Origin: an uncultured delta proteobacterium
Lineage (GTDB): Bacteria > Myxococcota_A > UBA9160 > UBA4427
Length of the DNA: 64,000 nucleotides
Assembly: GCA_963822965.1 (NCBI GenBank)
Contig: CAWGJT010000009.1
Coordinates: 128,001-192,000, forward strand
Reading direction: 5' to 3'
Every line of letters begins with the position of its first letter. Positions within the stretch are counted from its first letter, which is position 1. Below are positions 38,002-48,780 of the stretch, piece by piece. Position numbers and translations under genes: made by a program. The notes under the pieces were generated by a model. That model saw only the letters and a program-made list of their open reading frames with translations, searched no databases and had not been told where the DNA came from.

Positions 38002-40803
38002 GTGAACCGACGACAGACCGATCCGACGACGTTCGCAGGCGCCCTGGCGCTCGCCCTGACCGTCCCGGCGCTCCTCTTCGGGGCCGCCGCGCCTTCCTTC
38101 GCACAGGTGGATCTCGTCAAGGACATCAGCACCGGGTTCGGGAACGGCCACAGCTACCCCGACCGCCTGGTGGACCTGGGCGGCGGCACGCTGCTCTTCC
38201 TGGGCCGCGACTTCGACGGCACCTACCTGTACAGGACCGACGGGACCTTGGCGGGAACCCAGCGCGTCACCTCGGCCTGCCAGGCCTCGAACTTCCCCAT
38301 GGGCGTCGCCGGCGGCGTCGCCTACTTCGCGTGCACGACGGACGCCGAGGGCACGGAGCCCTGGCGGACCGACGGCACCGAGCTCGGGACCTACATGCTG
38401 GCGGACCTCGCCGCGGGCACGGCCAACTCGTACCCCAACGACTGGATCGAGGTGGGCGGACAGCTCTTCTTCACCGCCACGGGCCCGGTGGGCGACGAGC
38501 TCTACACCACCGACGGGACCACGCCGGGGACGGTCGTGGTCTCGGACATCCAGCCCTTCGGGAGCTCCTCCCCGAGCTACCTGACCGACGTGGGCGGCAC
38601 CCTCTACTTCGCGGCCAACGGCCCCAACGGCACCGAGCTCTACAAGAGCGACGGGACCGAGCCCGGCACCGTGGAGGTGGCCGACATCCGCGCCGGCTCG
38701 AGCAGCAGCTCTCCCCAGGGCTTCGTCGACTTCGGCGGCGTCCTCTACTTCCTGGCGGACGACGGCACGAACGGCCGCGAGCTCTGGAAGAGCGACGGTA
38801 CGCTCGCCGGAACCACCCTGGTGGCCGACATGAACCCGACCGGCAGCAGCTTCGGCTACACGCTGCAGGTCTCGAACGGCCTCCTCTACCTCGCCGCCAG
38901 CGACGGCGTGAACGGCACCGAGCCCTGGGTGAGCGACGGCACCACGCTCGGCACGCAGATGCTGCTCGACGTGAACCCGGGCGCGGGCAGCTCCTATCCC
39001 GAAGGCTTCGTGCCGGCCGGTGCGCTCACGGTCTTCGGGGCGGACGACGGCGCGAACGGCGACGAGCTGTGGGCCAGCGACGGCACGACCCTCGGCACCG
39101 GCCTGGTGGAGATCCAGCCCGGTGCCGGCGGCTCCTCGCCCTCGACCTTCCGTTCCCTGGGCGGGCTCGCCTGGTTCGTGGCCGACGACGGCACCCACGG
39201 CATCGAGCTCTGGACCAGCGACGGCACCGCCCTCGGCACGAGCATGGTGATCGACCTGGCCCCCGGCGACCTCGACATGCCCAACACCCTGGCGGTCCCG
39301 AAGCTCTGGGTCGTCGCCGGAGAGCTCTACTTCGAGGGCACCGACTCGACGACGGGCTTCGAGCTGTGGGTGAGCGACGGCACCGCCCTCGGCACCACCC
39401 TGGTGAGCGACATCTGGGACGGCACCGACAGCACCACCTTCAGGTATCTGGCGCCCCTGGGCGGAGACCTGCTCTTCCGGGCCTTCGACGGGGTGGAGAC
39501 GAACCTGTGGAAGAGCGACGGCACCGAGCCCGGGACCGCGATCGTGAAGGATTTGAATCCCGGGGGCACCAGCCAGGGCCTCGAGGACCTCTACGTCGCG
39601 GGGAGCGTCGCCTACTTCCGGGGCGACGACGGATCCACCGGCTACGAGCTGTGGAAGACCGACGGCACCGAGCCGGGCACCGAGCAGGTGGTCGACCTGG
39701 TTCCCGGCGTCACCGGCTCGAACGCCGCCCCCTTCGGCGAGGTCGGCGGCGAGGTGCTCGTGTCCGCCGACGACGGGGCCGTCGGGAGCGAGCTGTGGAA
39801 GACCGACGGCACCGCGGGCGGGACCGTCCTGGTGAAGGACATCAATCCCGGAACCGCCGGCTCTTCCCCCTTCTTCGGCATCGCGTTCGGCGGCGACTGG
39901 TACTTCCGCGCAAACGACGGCCTGAACGGCTACGAGCTGTGGAAGACCGACGGCACCGAGTCGGGCACGGTGATGGTGGCCGACATCAACCCCGGCGGCG
40001 ACGGACTGGCCTACAACCCGGAGTTCGAGATCTACGCCGGCGAGCTCTACTTCCCCGCCAACGACGGTACCGGCAAGGAGCTGTGGAAGACCGACGGCAC
40101 CGCCCTCGGGACCGTGCTGGTGAAGGACATCCGCGTCCACGCCTTCTTCGGCGGCGAGCCCCACGACCTGGTCGTCCACGACGGCCTGCTCTACTTCTTC
40201 GCCAACGACGGGGTGAACGGCGACGAGCTCTGGCAGAGCGACGGAACCGAGCCCGGTACGAGCCTCGTCGTCAACGTAGGGCCGGGCTCCCAGAGCGTGA
40301 CCTTCTACGGCTCGCCCCTGCGCCAGGCGGGCGGCCTCCTCTTCTTCCTGGGCGACGACGGCACCCACGGCCGTGAGCTCTGGAAGAGCGACGGCACGGC
40401 GCTCGGAACGTCCATGGTGACCGACCTCTTCCCGGGCTCCGACTGGGGCTTCAACTCCTTCACCATCGTGCTCGACGGCATCGACGACGCGCTCTACTTC
40501 GCCGCCGAGGACGGGGCCACGGGCATCGAGCCCTGGCAGACCGACGGCAGCGCGGCCGGCACGGTCTTGATCGACGACGTGGCGATCGGCCTCGCAGACT
40601 CGAGCCCGAACCAGGAGGGCTTCGTGAAGGCCGGCTCCAACATCTTCTTCGTGGCTGCGGATGCCGACCATGGCGCGGAGCTACGGGTGATCTCCGTGCC
40701 CGAGCCGGGCGCGGCCGGGCTGCTCGCCGGCGTGCTCCTCTGCGGCGTGCTCCACCGGCACCGCCGGCGGCAGACCGCGTGCGGGGAGCGCGGCCTCGCC
40801 TAG
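38002..40803 (+). CDS. ELWxxDGT-repeat surface protein with PEP-CTERM-like tail
   Basis: Signal peptide, about 17 ELWxxDGT-type repeats, C-terminal VPEPG + hydrophobic helix + HRHRRR. Confidence 0.92.
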   Translation: MNRRQTDPTTFAGALALALTVPALLFGAAAPSFAQVDLVKDISTGFGNGHSYPDRLVDLGGGTLLFLGRDFDGTYLYRTDGTLAGTQRVTSACQASNFPMGVAGGVAYFACTTDAEGTEPWRTDGTELGTYMLADLAAGTANSYPNDWIEVGGQLFFTATGPVGDELYTTDGTTPGTVVVSDIQPFGSSSPSYLTDVGGTLYFAANGPNGTELYKSDGTEPGTVEVADIRAGSSSSSPQGFVDFGGVLYFLADDGTNGRELWKSDGTLAGTTLVADMNPTGSSFGYTLQVSNGLLYLAASDGVNGTEPWVSDGTTLGTQMLLDVNPGAGSSYPEGFVPAGALTVFGADDGANGDELWASDGTTLGTGLVEIQPGAGGSSPSTFRSLGGLAWFVADDGTHGIELWTSDGTALGTSMVIDLAPGDLDMPNTLAVPKLWVVAGELYFEGTDSTTGFELWVSDGTALGTTLVSDIWDGTDSTTFRYLAPLGGDLLFRAFDGVETNLWKSDGTEPGTAIVKDLNPGGTSQGLEDLYVAGSVAYFRGDDGSTGYELWKTDGTEPGTEQVVDLVPGVTGSNAAPFGEVGGEVLVSADDGAVGSELWKTDGTAGGTVLVKDINPGTAGSSPFFGIAFGGDWYFRANDGLNGYELWKTDGTESGTVMVADINPGGDGLAYNPEFEIYAGELYFPANDGTGKELWKTDGTALGTVLVKDIRVHAFFGGEPHDLVVHDGLLYFFANDGVNGDELWQSDGTEPGTSLVVNVGPGSQSVTFYGSPLRQAGGLLFFLGDDGTHGRELWKSDGTALGTSMVTDLFPGSDWGFNSFTIVLDGIDDALYFAAEDGATGIEPWQTDGSAAGTVLIDDVAIGLADSSPNQEGFVKAGSNIFFVAADADHGAELRVISVPEPGAAGLLAGVLLCGVLHRHRRRQTACGERGLA

Positions 40804-43800
40804 GAGAGGCGCCAGTCGATGCGGTCGCGAGCGGCCGGGGCGTAGACGCAGAAGGTCCCGGTCCGGACGCTGCGCTCCAGATGCTCGGCCAGCGCCGGGT
40901 CGTGCTCGGCGATCTTGCGCGTGGCGTACTTGATCGCCCGGGTGACCGAGACCCGCGCCCGCTCGGCCGCGGCGCCACTGCGCCGCTCGCGACCGCCCAG
41001 GCCGAAGGCTCGCTCGAGCTCGGACGTCAGGAACTCCAGCTCGGCGCTCGCCCGCTCGCGGCGCCCCGCGTCGCCCATGGCTTCCGCCTCGGCGAGCTCG
41101 GCGCGCAGCTCCCGCGCCCGCTCCCGGTAGGCCGCCCGGGCGCGCTCGTCCAGGTGCGGTCCGGCGTCGCCGGCAGCGGACCCGGCACCCGGCGACCCGG
41201 GGCGGGCGAGATCCAGGACGTGCAGCTCCCGATCCGGCTCGGCCAGCAGGGTGTGGATGTAACCGAGACCCACCATGGACCGGAGCCGCGTCGTGCGAGC
41301 CTCGAAGACGAGGGTGAAGCCGTCGCCGTCCCTTGCGAAGCGCGCAGCGTCGGTCGCCGCCTTCCGGGCGGCTGCTGCGGTCGGCTGCGAGCGCGCCTCC
41401 TGGATCCAACGCAGCACGAGCGCCATGCCGAGGGAGCTCGCGATGGCCTGCGCCCCCTCGAAGCACGCCGCGGCGCGCTCGTCCTCGTCCGGCTCTCCCA
41501 GGGCCTGGCCCCGGGCCTGGTGGAGTCGGCCCGCGAGATACCGGATCTCGGCCTGCCAGGGCAGGGCCCGCATGGCCTGGGCCATCGCCTCGGCCCGCTC
41601 GAGATGCCTCGCGGCGTCGTCGTAGCGACCCAGCAGGATCGCGAGCTGGCCGAGACGCATGTCCACGGGCCCGAGCGCGACGATCATCGGGCTCGCAATG
41701 GCCACGTGGCCGGCGTGAGGCAGGAGGAGTCGATACAGGACCTCGCCGTTCGCGCGGTCCCCGAAGCGCGAGCAGACCGCCCCGAGCAGCATCATGCTCG
41801 TCCGCCAGGTGGTGTCGCGCGGCAGGACCGCGAAGCCGTCTCGAGCCACGCTGTCGAACTCCCGCCGCGCCTCTACCCCCCGGCCCAGGTACTCGTAGAG
41901 GTTGGCCAGCGCGCAGCGCCAGGCGGGCACGATGCGCGCGGTCTCGGCGCCGCCCTCCACCAGCGGCGCGACCTCCTGCATCCGGTCCTGCCAGCCGCGC
42001 AGCATGAACATCTGCTGGGCGAAGTGCAGGCCGGGGGTGCGCGACTGGGCGTGCTGGCCCTGCCGCAGGGCCCGGACCACCAGCTCCTCGGCGTCCTCGA
42101 AGCGCCCCTCCATCAGGGCGAGGGCCGCGTGGTGGCTGGTACCGAGCCAACGGAAGTAGGGGTGCCGCGTGGCCTCCGCCATCTCGTCGAAGGCCTCGAG
42201 GGCCAGGTCCAGACCGGCTCGATCGCCCGCCTCCGCACAGGCGTCGACCTTCATCGAGAGGGCGTTGAGCTCGCCGATGGCGTAGCCCGCACAGCTCTCG
42301 AGCATCGCGTCGATGGCCGCGAAGCGCTCCTCGAGGCGGTCGGGTCCGGTCAGCAGGGTCAGGCTGCGAATCTGCACGAAGGCCAGCGTGGAGACGTCGC
42401 CCAGGCGCCGCGCCATGGCGAGGGCCTCGGCGGCCAGGGCCCGGTGGCGCTCCTCGGCCCCGCGGATCAGGTGCAGGCCGCTGGAGAGCCTCGACAGGAG
42501 CCGCGCGCGTAGCGTCGAGTCGTCTTCGGGCAGCGCGGCGAGCGCCGCCTCGACCCACCGGTTGCTCTCCAGGTCCGCCACACCGATCTCCTCGCGCGCC
42601 GTGCTCCAGGCGAGGACGACCGCGGCGAGCTGGACGGGATCCGCGTCGGCCCGGGCGAGGGCGAGGGTCTCCTCGAGGACCGACTCCGCGCCACGGCGGT
42701 CGCCCAGGCCGACCCGGGCCTGGCCGAGGCCGATGCCGACCTCGATGCGCCGGGCCGCGTCGCCCGCCTCCGGAAGCAGCGAGTGGGCGCGCTCGAGGTG
42801 GACGGCCGCCTCCTCGTAGGCCAGCAGCTGGAGCAGCTGGTTGCCGGCCTGCCAGGCGTAGTCGGCGGCGCGGGCGCGAGCGTCTTCGGACGCGCTCGCA
42901 GCGCTGCCCGGAGCCCGAGTACTGCCCAGAGCGCAATGGAAGTGGTGGGCCAAACGTGGGAGCTGCTCGGCACGCCGCCAGCCGGCGGGCTCGTCCTTCA
43001 GGCGGGCCTCGAGGGCGAGCCCGATGCGGCCGTGGAGCTCGGCCGCGACGTCGTCGTCGAGAGACTCGTAGAGCACCTCGCGAACCAGCGCGTGCACGAA
43101 GGCGAAGCGCGCGGGTCGGTCCGTCGAGGACTGCAGCAGGCCCGAGGCCACCGCGGGAGCCAGACGGGTCCGCAGCTGCGAGGCTTCGCGATCCATCGCC
43201 GGGGCCAGCAGCGACAGGTCGATCTCGCCGCCGACGACCGAGGCGACCCGGAGCAGCTCGAGGGTGTCCGGGGGCAGCAGCCCCAGGCGCTGCTCGACCA
43301 CCCGACGCGCGGCGAAGGGCAGCGCCGAGGGCACGAGCGCGTCGCCGGCACTCGCGCTCGGGCTTCCCGCCCGCAGGAGCTGGGCCAGCTCGAGCACGAA
43401 GAAGGGGTTGCCCCCGCTGCGCTGCCACACCTCCTCGACCCAGCCGGGTCGATCGTCGCCGCCTTCCGCCGGCTTCGGATCGCTCGCGCGCACGGGCGGC
43501 AGCCGGTCCGCCAGCAGGGCCTCGACCGCGCGTCGCTCCAGCGGGCCGAGCGGGAAGCTCTGGGCGAGGCGGGTCAGGCCGGCCAGGGTCGTCTCGCTCG
43601 CGGCCTCGTGGCTGCGAAGGGTCGCGACCACCAGGATCGCGTCCGCCGAGAGCTCCGAGGCCAGGAAGCGCAGCAGCTCGACACTGGCCGAATCCGCCCA
43701 GTGGATGTCGTCGATCGCGAGCACCAGTCCGCGCTTGCGCGCCACCGCGCCGAGGCTGCGCGCGACGCGCGCAAAGAGCTCGAAGCGATCGGACGAGAAG

Positions 43801-44156
43801 CCGGGGCCCCTGGCCTCCCGCGAGGCTGCCGCTCGCAGGGCATCCCGCAGGACACCGAGCTCGTCGCTGGCAGGCTCGGGAAGCTCGTCCGACCCGACCA
43901 GGTCCTCGATCACCCGCAGCCAGGGCCAGTAGGCGGGTGCGCCGGCCATCTCGTGACAGCGCCCCCAGGCCACGAGCGCCCCCCGAGCCCGGGCCTCGCG
44001 AGCATGGACGGTGAGCAGCGCGGTCTTGCCGATGCCCGCCTCCCCCGTGAGGAGCACGAGCCTCCCGGCGCCTTGCATCGCCGCCGCGAGCTCCGCCCGC
44101 AGCGCTGCGAGCTCGGGCTCCCGTCCGAAGATTTCATGCTCGGCGACCCTGACCAC
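40800..44156 (-). CDS. STAND/AAA ATPase regulator with helical repeats and C-terminal putative DNA-binding domain
   Basis: FGREPEL, GEAGIGKT, AIDDIHWAD, SGGNPFFV, FVHALVRE, ERARVSVTRAI...SVRTGTFCVY. Confidence 0.87.
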   Translation of the reverse strand: MVRVAEHEIFGREPELAALRAELAAAMQGAGRLVLLTGEAGIGKTALLTVHAREARARGALVAWGRCHEMAGAPAYWPWLRVIEDLVGSDELPEPASDELGVLRDALRAAASREARGPGFSSDRFELFARVARSLGAVARKRGLVLAIDDIHWADSASVELLRFLASELSADAILVVATLRSHEAASETTLAGLTRLAQSFPLGPLERRAVEALLADRLPPVRASDPKPAEGGDDRPGWVEEVWQRSGGNPFFVLELAQLLRAGSPSASAGDALVPSALPFAARRVVEQRLGLLPPDTLELLRVASVVGGEIDLSLLAPAMDREASQLRTRLAPAVASGLLQSSTDRPARFAFVHALVREVLYESLDDDVAAELHGRIGLALEARLKDEPAGWRRAEQLPRLAHHFHCALGSTRAPGSAASASEDARARAADYAWQAGNQLLQLLAYEEAAVHLERAHSLLPEAGDAARRIEVGIGLGQARVGLGDRRGAESVLEETLALARADADPVQLAAVVLAWSTAREEIGVADLESNRWVEAALAALPEDDSTLRARLLSRLSSGLHLIRGAEERHRALAAEALAMARRLGDVSTLAFVQIRSLTLLTGPDRLEERFAAIDAMLESCAGYAIGELNALSMKVDACAEAGDRAGLDLALEAFDEMAEATRHPYFRWLGTSHHAALALMEGRFEDAEELVVRALRQGQHAQSRTPGLHFAQQMFMLRGWQDRMQEVAPLVEGGAETARIVPAWRCALANLYEYLGRGVEARREFDSVARDGFAVLPRDTTWRTSMMLLGAVCSRFGDRANGEVLYRLLLPHAGHVAIASPMIVALGPVDMRLGQLAILLGRYDDAARHLERAEAMAQAMRALPWQAEIRYLAGRLHQARGQALGEPDEDERAAACFEGAQAIASSLGMALVLRWIQEARSQPTAAAARKAATDAARFARDGDGFTLVFEARTTRLRSMVGLGYIHTLLAEPDRELHVLDLARPGSPGAGSAAGDAGPHLDERARAAYRERARELRAELAEAEAMGDAGRRERASAELEFLTSELERAFGLGGRERRSGAAAERARVSVTRAIKYATRKIAEHDPALAEHLERSVRTGTFCVYAPAARDRIDWRLS

Positions 44157-44398
44157 CGAATTCCTTCCCCGAAATGCCCGCGCGGCGGCGACACCAGAGA
44201 GTAGCGACCGCCCCGGCCGGGACGCCCGCGCGTCGCGGCGGCGCACGAAGGGCGGGTGCGTGAGCGCCCGCGCCTGGCTCGCGGACGAAGGCGACGCCAC
44301 CGACTCCTGGCCCGATTCAGGGCTGCCCGGAAACCCGTGCGACGAGGGCCACCTGCGGCACCTTCGCCGCGGCGGTCGGCCCACGAGGCGCCCTGGGA

Positions 44399-45061
44399 CT
44401 ACGTGGCCTGGGATTGGCGCCGTCGCGGGGCGACGAGGCCTGCCAGCCCCGAACCAATGAGGAGCGCCGTGGAGGGTTCGGGGACCATGAACGAACGGAA
44501 GCCGAGGTCGAGAACGACCTCATCCTCCCAGGCTCCACCATCCAGACGCCTGAACTTCGAGCCAGCTGGATAGTCCAGGCCTGCGGGGTCGTAGCCCTGC
44601 CGAAACACGTACGGATCGAGCGCTTCGCCCGCGCTGGCTTGCAGCACGACGGCCAGGACGTCGCCCGCAGATACGTCGATGGAGAAAGGCTTCAGGTCGA
44701 TCGAGATCCAATCGAAGCTCACCGGGACCGCTTCGGGCGGCACGAGCACGCTCGCGAGGGCGCCCGGCGTAGGCACGCCTCCGATGGTAGGCCAGAGCTC
44801 GAACAGCAGAGGCAACGTCGCGGCATCTCGCCTCGCCTTCAGCTCGATGCTGTCCAGGGTCCCGTTGAGACCGACCGTGAAGGTCTGGGCAACGTCGGTC
44901 TCGACCGGAGCGGGCTGGATGTACGTCGCGTCTTCGTCGGTATCGAGCTCCTGATCGAGAATCGGAGCAGCAGCTCCTGGCAGACTCGAGAAGCAGACGA
45001 CGAATGCGGACAACGCCATGGCGGTAGGCGCGAGTCGCAGCTGAAGACGGGTGGGGCACAT
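44399..45061 (-). CDS. PEP-CTERM exported protein
   Basis: Signal peptide; C-terminal VPEPSTALLIGSGLAGLVAPRRR. Confidence 0.85.
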   Translation of the reverse strand: MCPTRLQLRLAPTAMALSAFVVCFSSLPGAAAPILDQELDTDEDATYIQPAPVETDVAQTFTVGLNGTLDSIELKARRDAATLPLLFELWPTIGGVPTPGALASVLVPPEAVPVSFDWISIDLKPFSIDVSAGDVLAVVLQASAGEALDPYVFRQGYDPAGLDYPAGSKFRRLDGGAWEDEVVLDLGFRSFMVPEPSTALLIGSGLAGLVAPRRRQSQAT

Positions 45062-45283
45062 CGCCGATCTCCCTTTCCAGGAACGAGGCCATCATACACC
45101 GGTCTGCGTGCGTCATGGGAAAAGATGAGGTGGACCTCGGGAGCCTCGATGCACGCTTCTCGCCTGCCTTGCTTCTCGAATGGGGGCCGGCACTTGGTCG
45201 TGGTGTTGCACGTGGTCACGCCGTGCAGCGAACGGACGAGCAACCGGCGGCGCCCGGAGCGGCGGCCCGTCGCCTCGGCCGCG

Positions 45284-46130
45284 CTAGGGAACGCCGGCCG
45301 ACCAGGCCGACAGGTCGCTACCCAGCAGCTCGGCCAGGTCGGCGTTGCGCTCGCGATAGTGCTCGACGAGCCTCGCGCGCAGCGACGGATCGACCGGGGG
45401 GCGGGTCGCGGCCGGGCCCTGCAGCGCTCGACTCACGCGCCGCTTCAAGCCTTCCGGGACGAGCGACGCGAGCCCGAGGGACGCGTACAGGCGTGCGACC
45501 GGCTTCCAGGCACGCGTCTCCATCGTCGCGCGCGCCGCGTTCCTGGCCGGCGCGTCCGCGAGATCCCGGTCGGGGTCGACACCGACGTGCTTCCATAGCG
45601 CCCGCGTCGTACCGACCGGATCGCGCTCGAGATCTTCGTACAGCAACACCAGCAGCTGCGACGGCGCGAAGAGCGCATGGTAGCGGCGAAGCTGCTCTGC
45701 GTAGTAGCCGAGGTCGACGTAGGTCGCGTGTGCCGCGCTCGAGCCGGACACACCCGCGGCCCACGCGCGGGCGCCGTCGTCGCCCGTGAATCGCGGCCCA
45801 TCCGCCACCGCAGCGAGGTTCGCATCGACCGCCTCGCCGAACGAGAGCCTCTCCTGCCGGCGCGTGTAGCGATGCCACCAGTGCGAGTAGGCGCGTGACA
45901 CCGGCTCGCGCAGGATCGCCACCAGCCGCGCATCGGGATATCACGCGTGGATGCGCGCGGGCACGAAGGGCAGATTAGAGGTGATACGAACGCGCGTTTC
46001 CGACCGCCCGCTCGCCGGACCACGACGCGAAATAGCGGCTCCGGTAGTAGTCGAGCCCACGTTCGTACTCCGCCTCGAAGAAGATCGGCTCCTTGCCGTC
46101 GGCGATGTAGACGTCGTCGTGCTCGGCCCA
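45284..46130 (-). pseudogene. sulfotransferase family, 5'-truncated with frameshifts and an in-frame stop
   Basis: KEPIFF, PDARLVAILREPVSRAYSHW, YVDLGYYAEQL, LLYEDL; no 5'-PSB loop; TGA at 45941-45943. Confidence 0.75.
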
Positions 46131-46176
46131 TCCCCGGCTCTGGCGATCCCCGGCTCTGGCGATGGACGCCGATGCG

Positions 46177-46569
46177 TCAGGGCGCAGAGCTCGAGCGCGC
46201 CTGGATGCCCCAGTGACCGTCCACGCAGGTGATCACGTAGACGGCCTGATAGGTATTGAGGGGGCGGCCGTCGGCGCCGTAGCGCGTGAACCGTACGTCG
46301 AGGTGCACCTTGTCCGGGCCGGCGTGGATCACCTTGCGGTGGTCCCAGCGGCTCTCGCTCCAGCCGGGCTCGACCTCGCGCGTGCCGTAGGACTCCGGGT
46401 GCGCGTCGAGCTCGGCACGTGTATTCCAGACGCGAACGCGTCCGCTGGCGATGCGCACGTGCGGAAAGTTGAAGCTGTCGTAGTGCGCCTGCCGATCGCG
46501 CGCGTTGAAGCCGGCCATGAAGGCATCGGTGACCTCGAGCGCGCGGCGCTCACTCTCGGATGAACTCAC
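46177..46569 (-). CDS. small SnoaL/NTF2-like protein
   Basis: FMAGFNARD, FPHVR, KVHLDVRFTRY, YVITCVDGHWGIQARSS. Confidence 0.7.
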   Translation of the reverse strand: MSSSESERRALEVTDAFMAGFNARDRQAHYDSFNFPHVRIASGRVRVWNTRAELDAHPESYGTREVEPGWSESRWDHRKVIHAGPDKVHLDVRFTRYGADGRPLNTYQAVYVITCVDGHWGIQARSSSAP

Positions 46570-47389
46570 GCAGCACCTCGAAGCCACGCGGATCGTCGCG
46601 GAAGACGCCGTGGCCGCAGTCGGGGAAGCGCTCGAAGCGCACGAATTCGGCGGGAAGCGCCGCCGCGATCTCCCCGGAGAGCTCGATCGGGCAGACCGGA
46701 TCGCGTCCGCCGGCGAGCACGAGCGTCGGGCAGCGCACGCGCGCGAGCCCGGGGGCGAGGTCCATCGTTCGGCCCTCGCCGGCGGCGAAGTGGAACATGA
46801 CGTCGAGCGCCCACCGCGTGCGCGCGTTCGCGTCGGGGTCGCGCGGCGCGCGCCCGTAGAGGGGGAACGCGAGGCGCAGGTAGTCGCCCAGCGTCTCGCC
46901 GCCCGGGTGCTCCCAGTAGCGCCGCGCGGCGGCCGCCACCTCGGCGCCCCCGAGCTCCTCGAAGCGCGCGACGACGAGCTCGAGGTCCTGGCGCGGCGCC
47001 GTGCTCGAGAAGACGAGCTTCGCGGGGTGCTCCGGGTGCCGGGCCGCGTAGGCCATGGCGACCATTCCGCCGAACGAGTTGCCGAACACGATCGGCCGCT
47101 CGATGCCGAGCGCCTCGCAGAGGCCGCGCACGTCGTCCGCCCACTGGACCAGGTTCCAGTGCGAGGGGTCGCTCTTGTCGCTGCGACCCTGGCCGCGGTG
47201 GTCGTAGTAGACGAGCTGCGCGACGTCGGCGAGCGCCGAGAACGACGGCTTGTAGATCGAGTGGTCGAAGCCGGGTCCGCCGTGCAGCAGCAGCACCGTC
47301 GGACGCTCGCGCATGGCCGCGCCGTCCGGCACGAGCCCCGCCCCTTCGACGTCGAAGAAGAGCCGCGTTCCGTTCACCCGCACGTGCAT
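46550..47389 (-). CDS. alpha/beta hydrolase (proline iminopeptidase-like)
   Basis: LLHGGPG, YDHRGQGRS, GNSFGG nucleophile elbow, GGRDP, CGH. Confidence 0.92.
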   Translation of the reverse strand: MHVRVNGTRLFFDVEGAGLVPDGAAMRERPTVLLLHGGPGFDHSIYKPSFSALADVAQLVYYDHRGQGRSDKSDPSHWNLVQWADDVRGLCEALGIERPIVFGNSFGGMVAMAYAARHPEHPAKLVFSSTAPRQDLELVVARFEELGGAEVAAAARRYWEHPGGETLGDYLRLAFPLYGRAPRDPDANARTRWALDVMFHFAAGEGRTMDLAPGLARVRCPTLVLAGGRDPVCPIELSGEIAAALPAEFVRFERFPDCGHGVFRDDPRGFEVLREFIRE

Positions 47390-47607
47390 CCCCGCCTCCC
47401 GGCTGCGAGAATCATCGCACGCGCACGGCCGCGCCCCGCCCGAATCCCTGGACTCCCGTCTCCATGGCTCGATGTCCCCCGGGGGCCTGGTCGTGGGGCC
47501 TCGCGGGCGTTCGGGCCCGCTCGTCTGCCCGAGAGCTTGTACCTTCGCGGTGGGCGGCCCGTCGAGGGCGAAACCGCGGTCGGAGAGTCCGGGAGAGCGC
47601 AGGCGCA

Positions 47608-48780
47608 ATGACGGCAGTTTTGCTCAACGCATCCACCCTGGCCCAGGGCGGAGCGCTCCAGGTCGGGGTCCACCTGCTGCATGCCCTGCGGCGCGACGCG
47701 ACGATCGACTGGTACTGCGTTCTCTCCCCGCAAGTGGACACGGAATGCCGGCGCATGGGCATCGAGCTCGACCCCTCGCGAACCTACCGGCTCGAAGCCT
47801 CGCCCAGTCGCAACCGCGCTGCCCGCCGCGAGGTCCTGCGAATTTTCCGGGAGACTCCGGTGGAGGCGGTCCTCACGGTGTTCGGTCCCGCCTACGTGCG
47901 GTTCGACAAGCCGCACCTGGTCGGCGTGGCCGACCCCTGGGTCACCCACGCGAGCTGGATCGCGTACTCGAAACTGCGGCGCATCGGCGAGTATCTGGAG
48001 ACGCCCCTGCTGTCGCTCTACAAGGGCTGGTGGTATCGCCGAGCGGACGCCTGGGTGGTCGAGGCCGAGGTGGCGAAGCGCGGTCTGCACGACCGCTGGG
48101 GGATCCCGCTCCGTCAGATCCACGTGATCCCGAACAGCTGTGGCGCCCACTACCGGAGTCATCCCTTCACGCCCCTCGCGAGCGCCCCGCCCGGGCCCAT
48201 CGACGTGCTCACCCTGTCCGCCTACTACGCCCACAAGGACCTCGAGCTGATCCCGGCCGTCGCCGCCTGGCTCGCCGGAGAGGGTCATGCCGAGCGCTTT
48301 CGTTTTCATCTCACCCTGAGCGAGGACGGCGCCGGGTGGCACCGCATTCACAGCCGGGCCGTCCGGCTGGGCGTAGAGGATGCGATCGTCAACCACGGGC
48401 CGGTGGCCGTTGCGGACGGGCCGGCGCTCTACGACCGTTGCCACGTCATGTTCCTGCCGACGCTGCTGGAGACGTTCTCGGCCAGCTATCCCGAAGCCAT
48501 GGCCGCGGGTCGTCCCATCGTCACCTCCGACCTGCCGTTCGCCCACGCGAACTGCGGAGACGCCGCGCTGTTCTTTGCTCCGGACGACGCCGCAGCAGCG
48601 GGGCGCGCGCTGCTCGCCCTCTCGAAGCGGCCGGAGCTGTGGAGCGACCTGGTCGCCCGAGGGCGGACGCGACTCGCGACGCTTCCGGACGCGGACGGCA
48701 AGTACCGGCTCTACGTGGACGCGATCATGGAGCTGTTGGGATCGCCGAAGATGCAGGACTGCGCGCCATGTGCGGAATAG
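47608..48780 (+). CDS. glycosyltransferase family 4
   Basis: YAHKD, FLPTLLETFSASYPEAMAAGRPIVTSDLP. Confidence 0.88.
   Translation: MTAVLLNASTLAQGGALQVGVHLLHALRRDATIDWYCVLSPQVDTECRRMGIELDPSRTYRLEASPSRNRAARREVLRIFRETPVEAVLTVFGPAYVRFDKPHLVGVADPWVTHASWIAYSKLRRIGEYLETPLLSLYKGWWYRRADAWVVEAEVAKRGLHDRWGIPLRQIHVIPNSCGAHYRSHPFTPLASAPPGPIDVLTLSAYYAHKDLELIPAVAAWLAGEGHAERFRFHLTLSEDGAGWHRIHSRAVRLGVEDAIVNHGPVAVADGPALYDRCHVMFLPTLLETFSASYPEAMAAGRPIVTSDLPFAHANCGDAALFFAPDDAAAAGRALLALSKRPELWSDLVARGRTRLATLPDADGKYRLYVDAIMELLGSPKMQDCAPCAE

Noticed and set aside
38100..40600. Recurring GAGCTGTGGAAGACCGACGGCACC repeats
   Set aside because: Explained by the protein-level ELWxxDGT repeats inside one ORF.
45941..45943. 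In-frame TGA as selenocysteine (yqeC is in the window)
   Set aside because: Not at a Cys-equivalent catalytic site, and the gene is also truncated and frameshifted.
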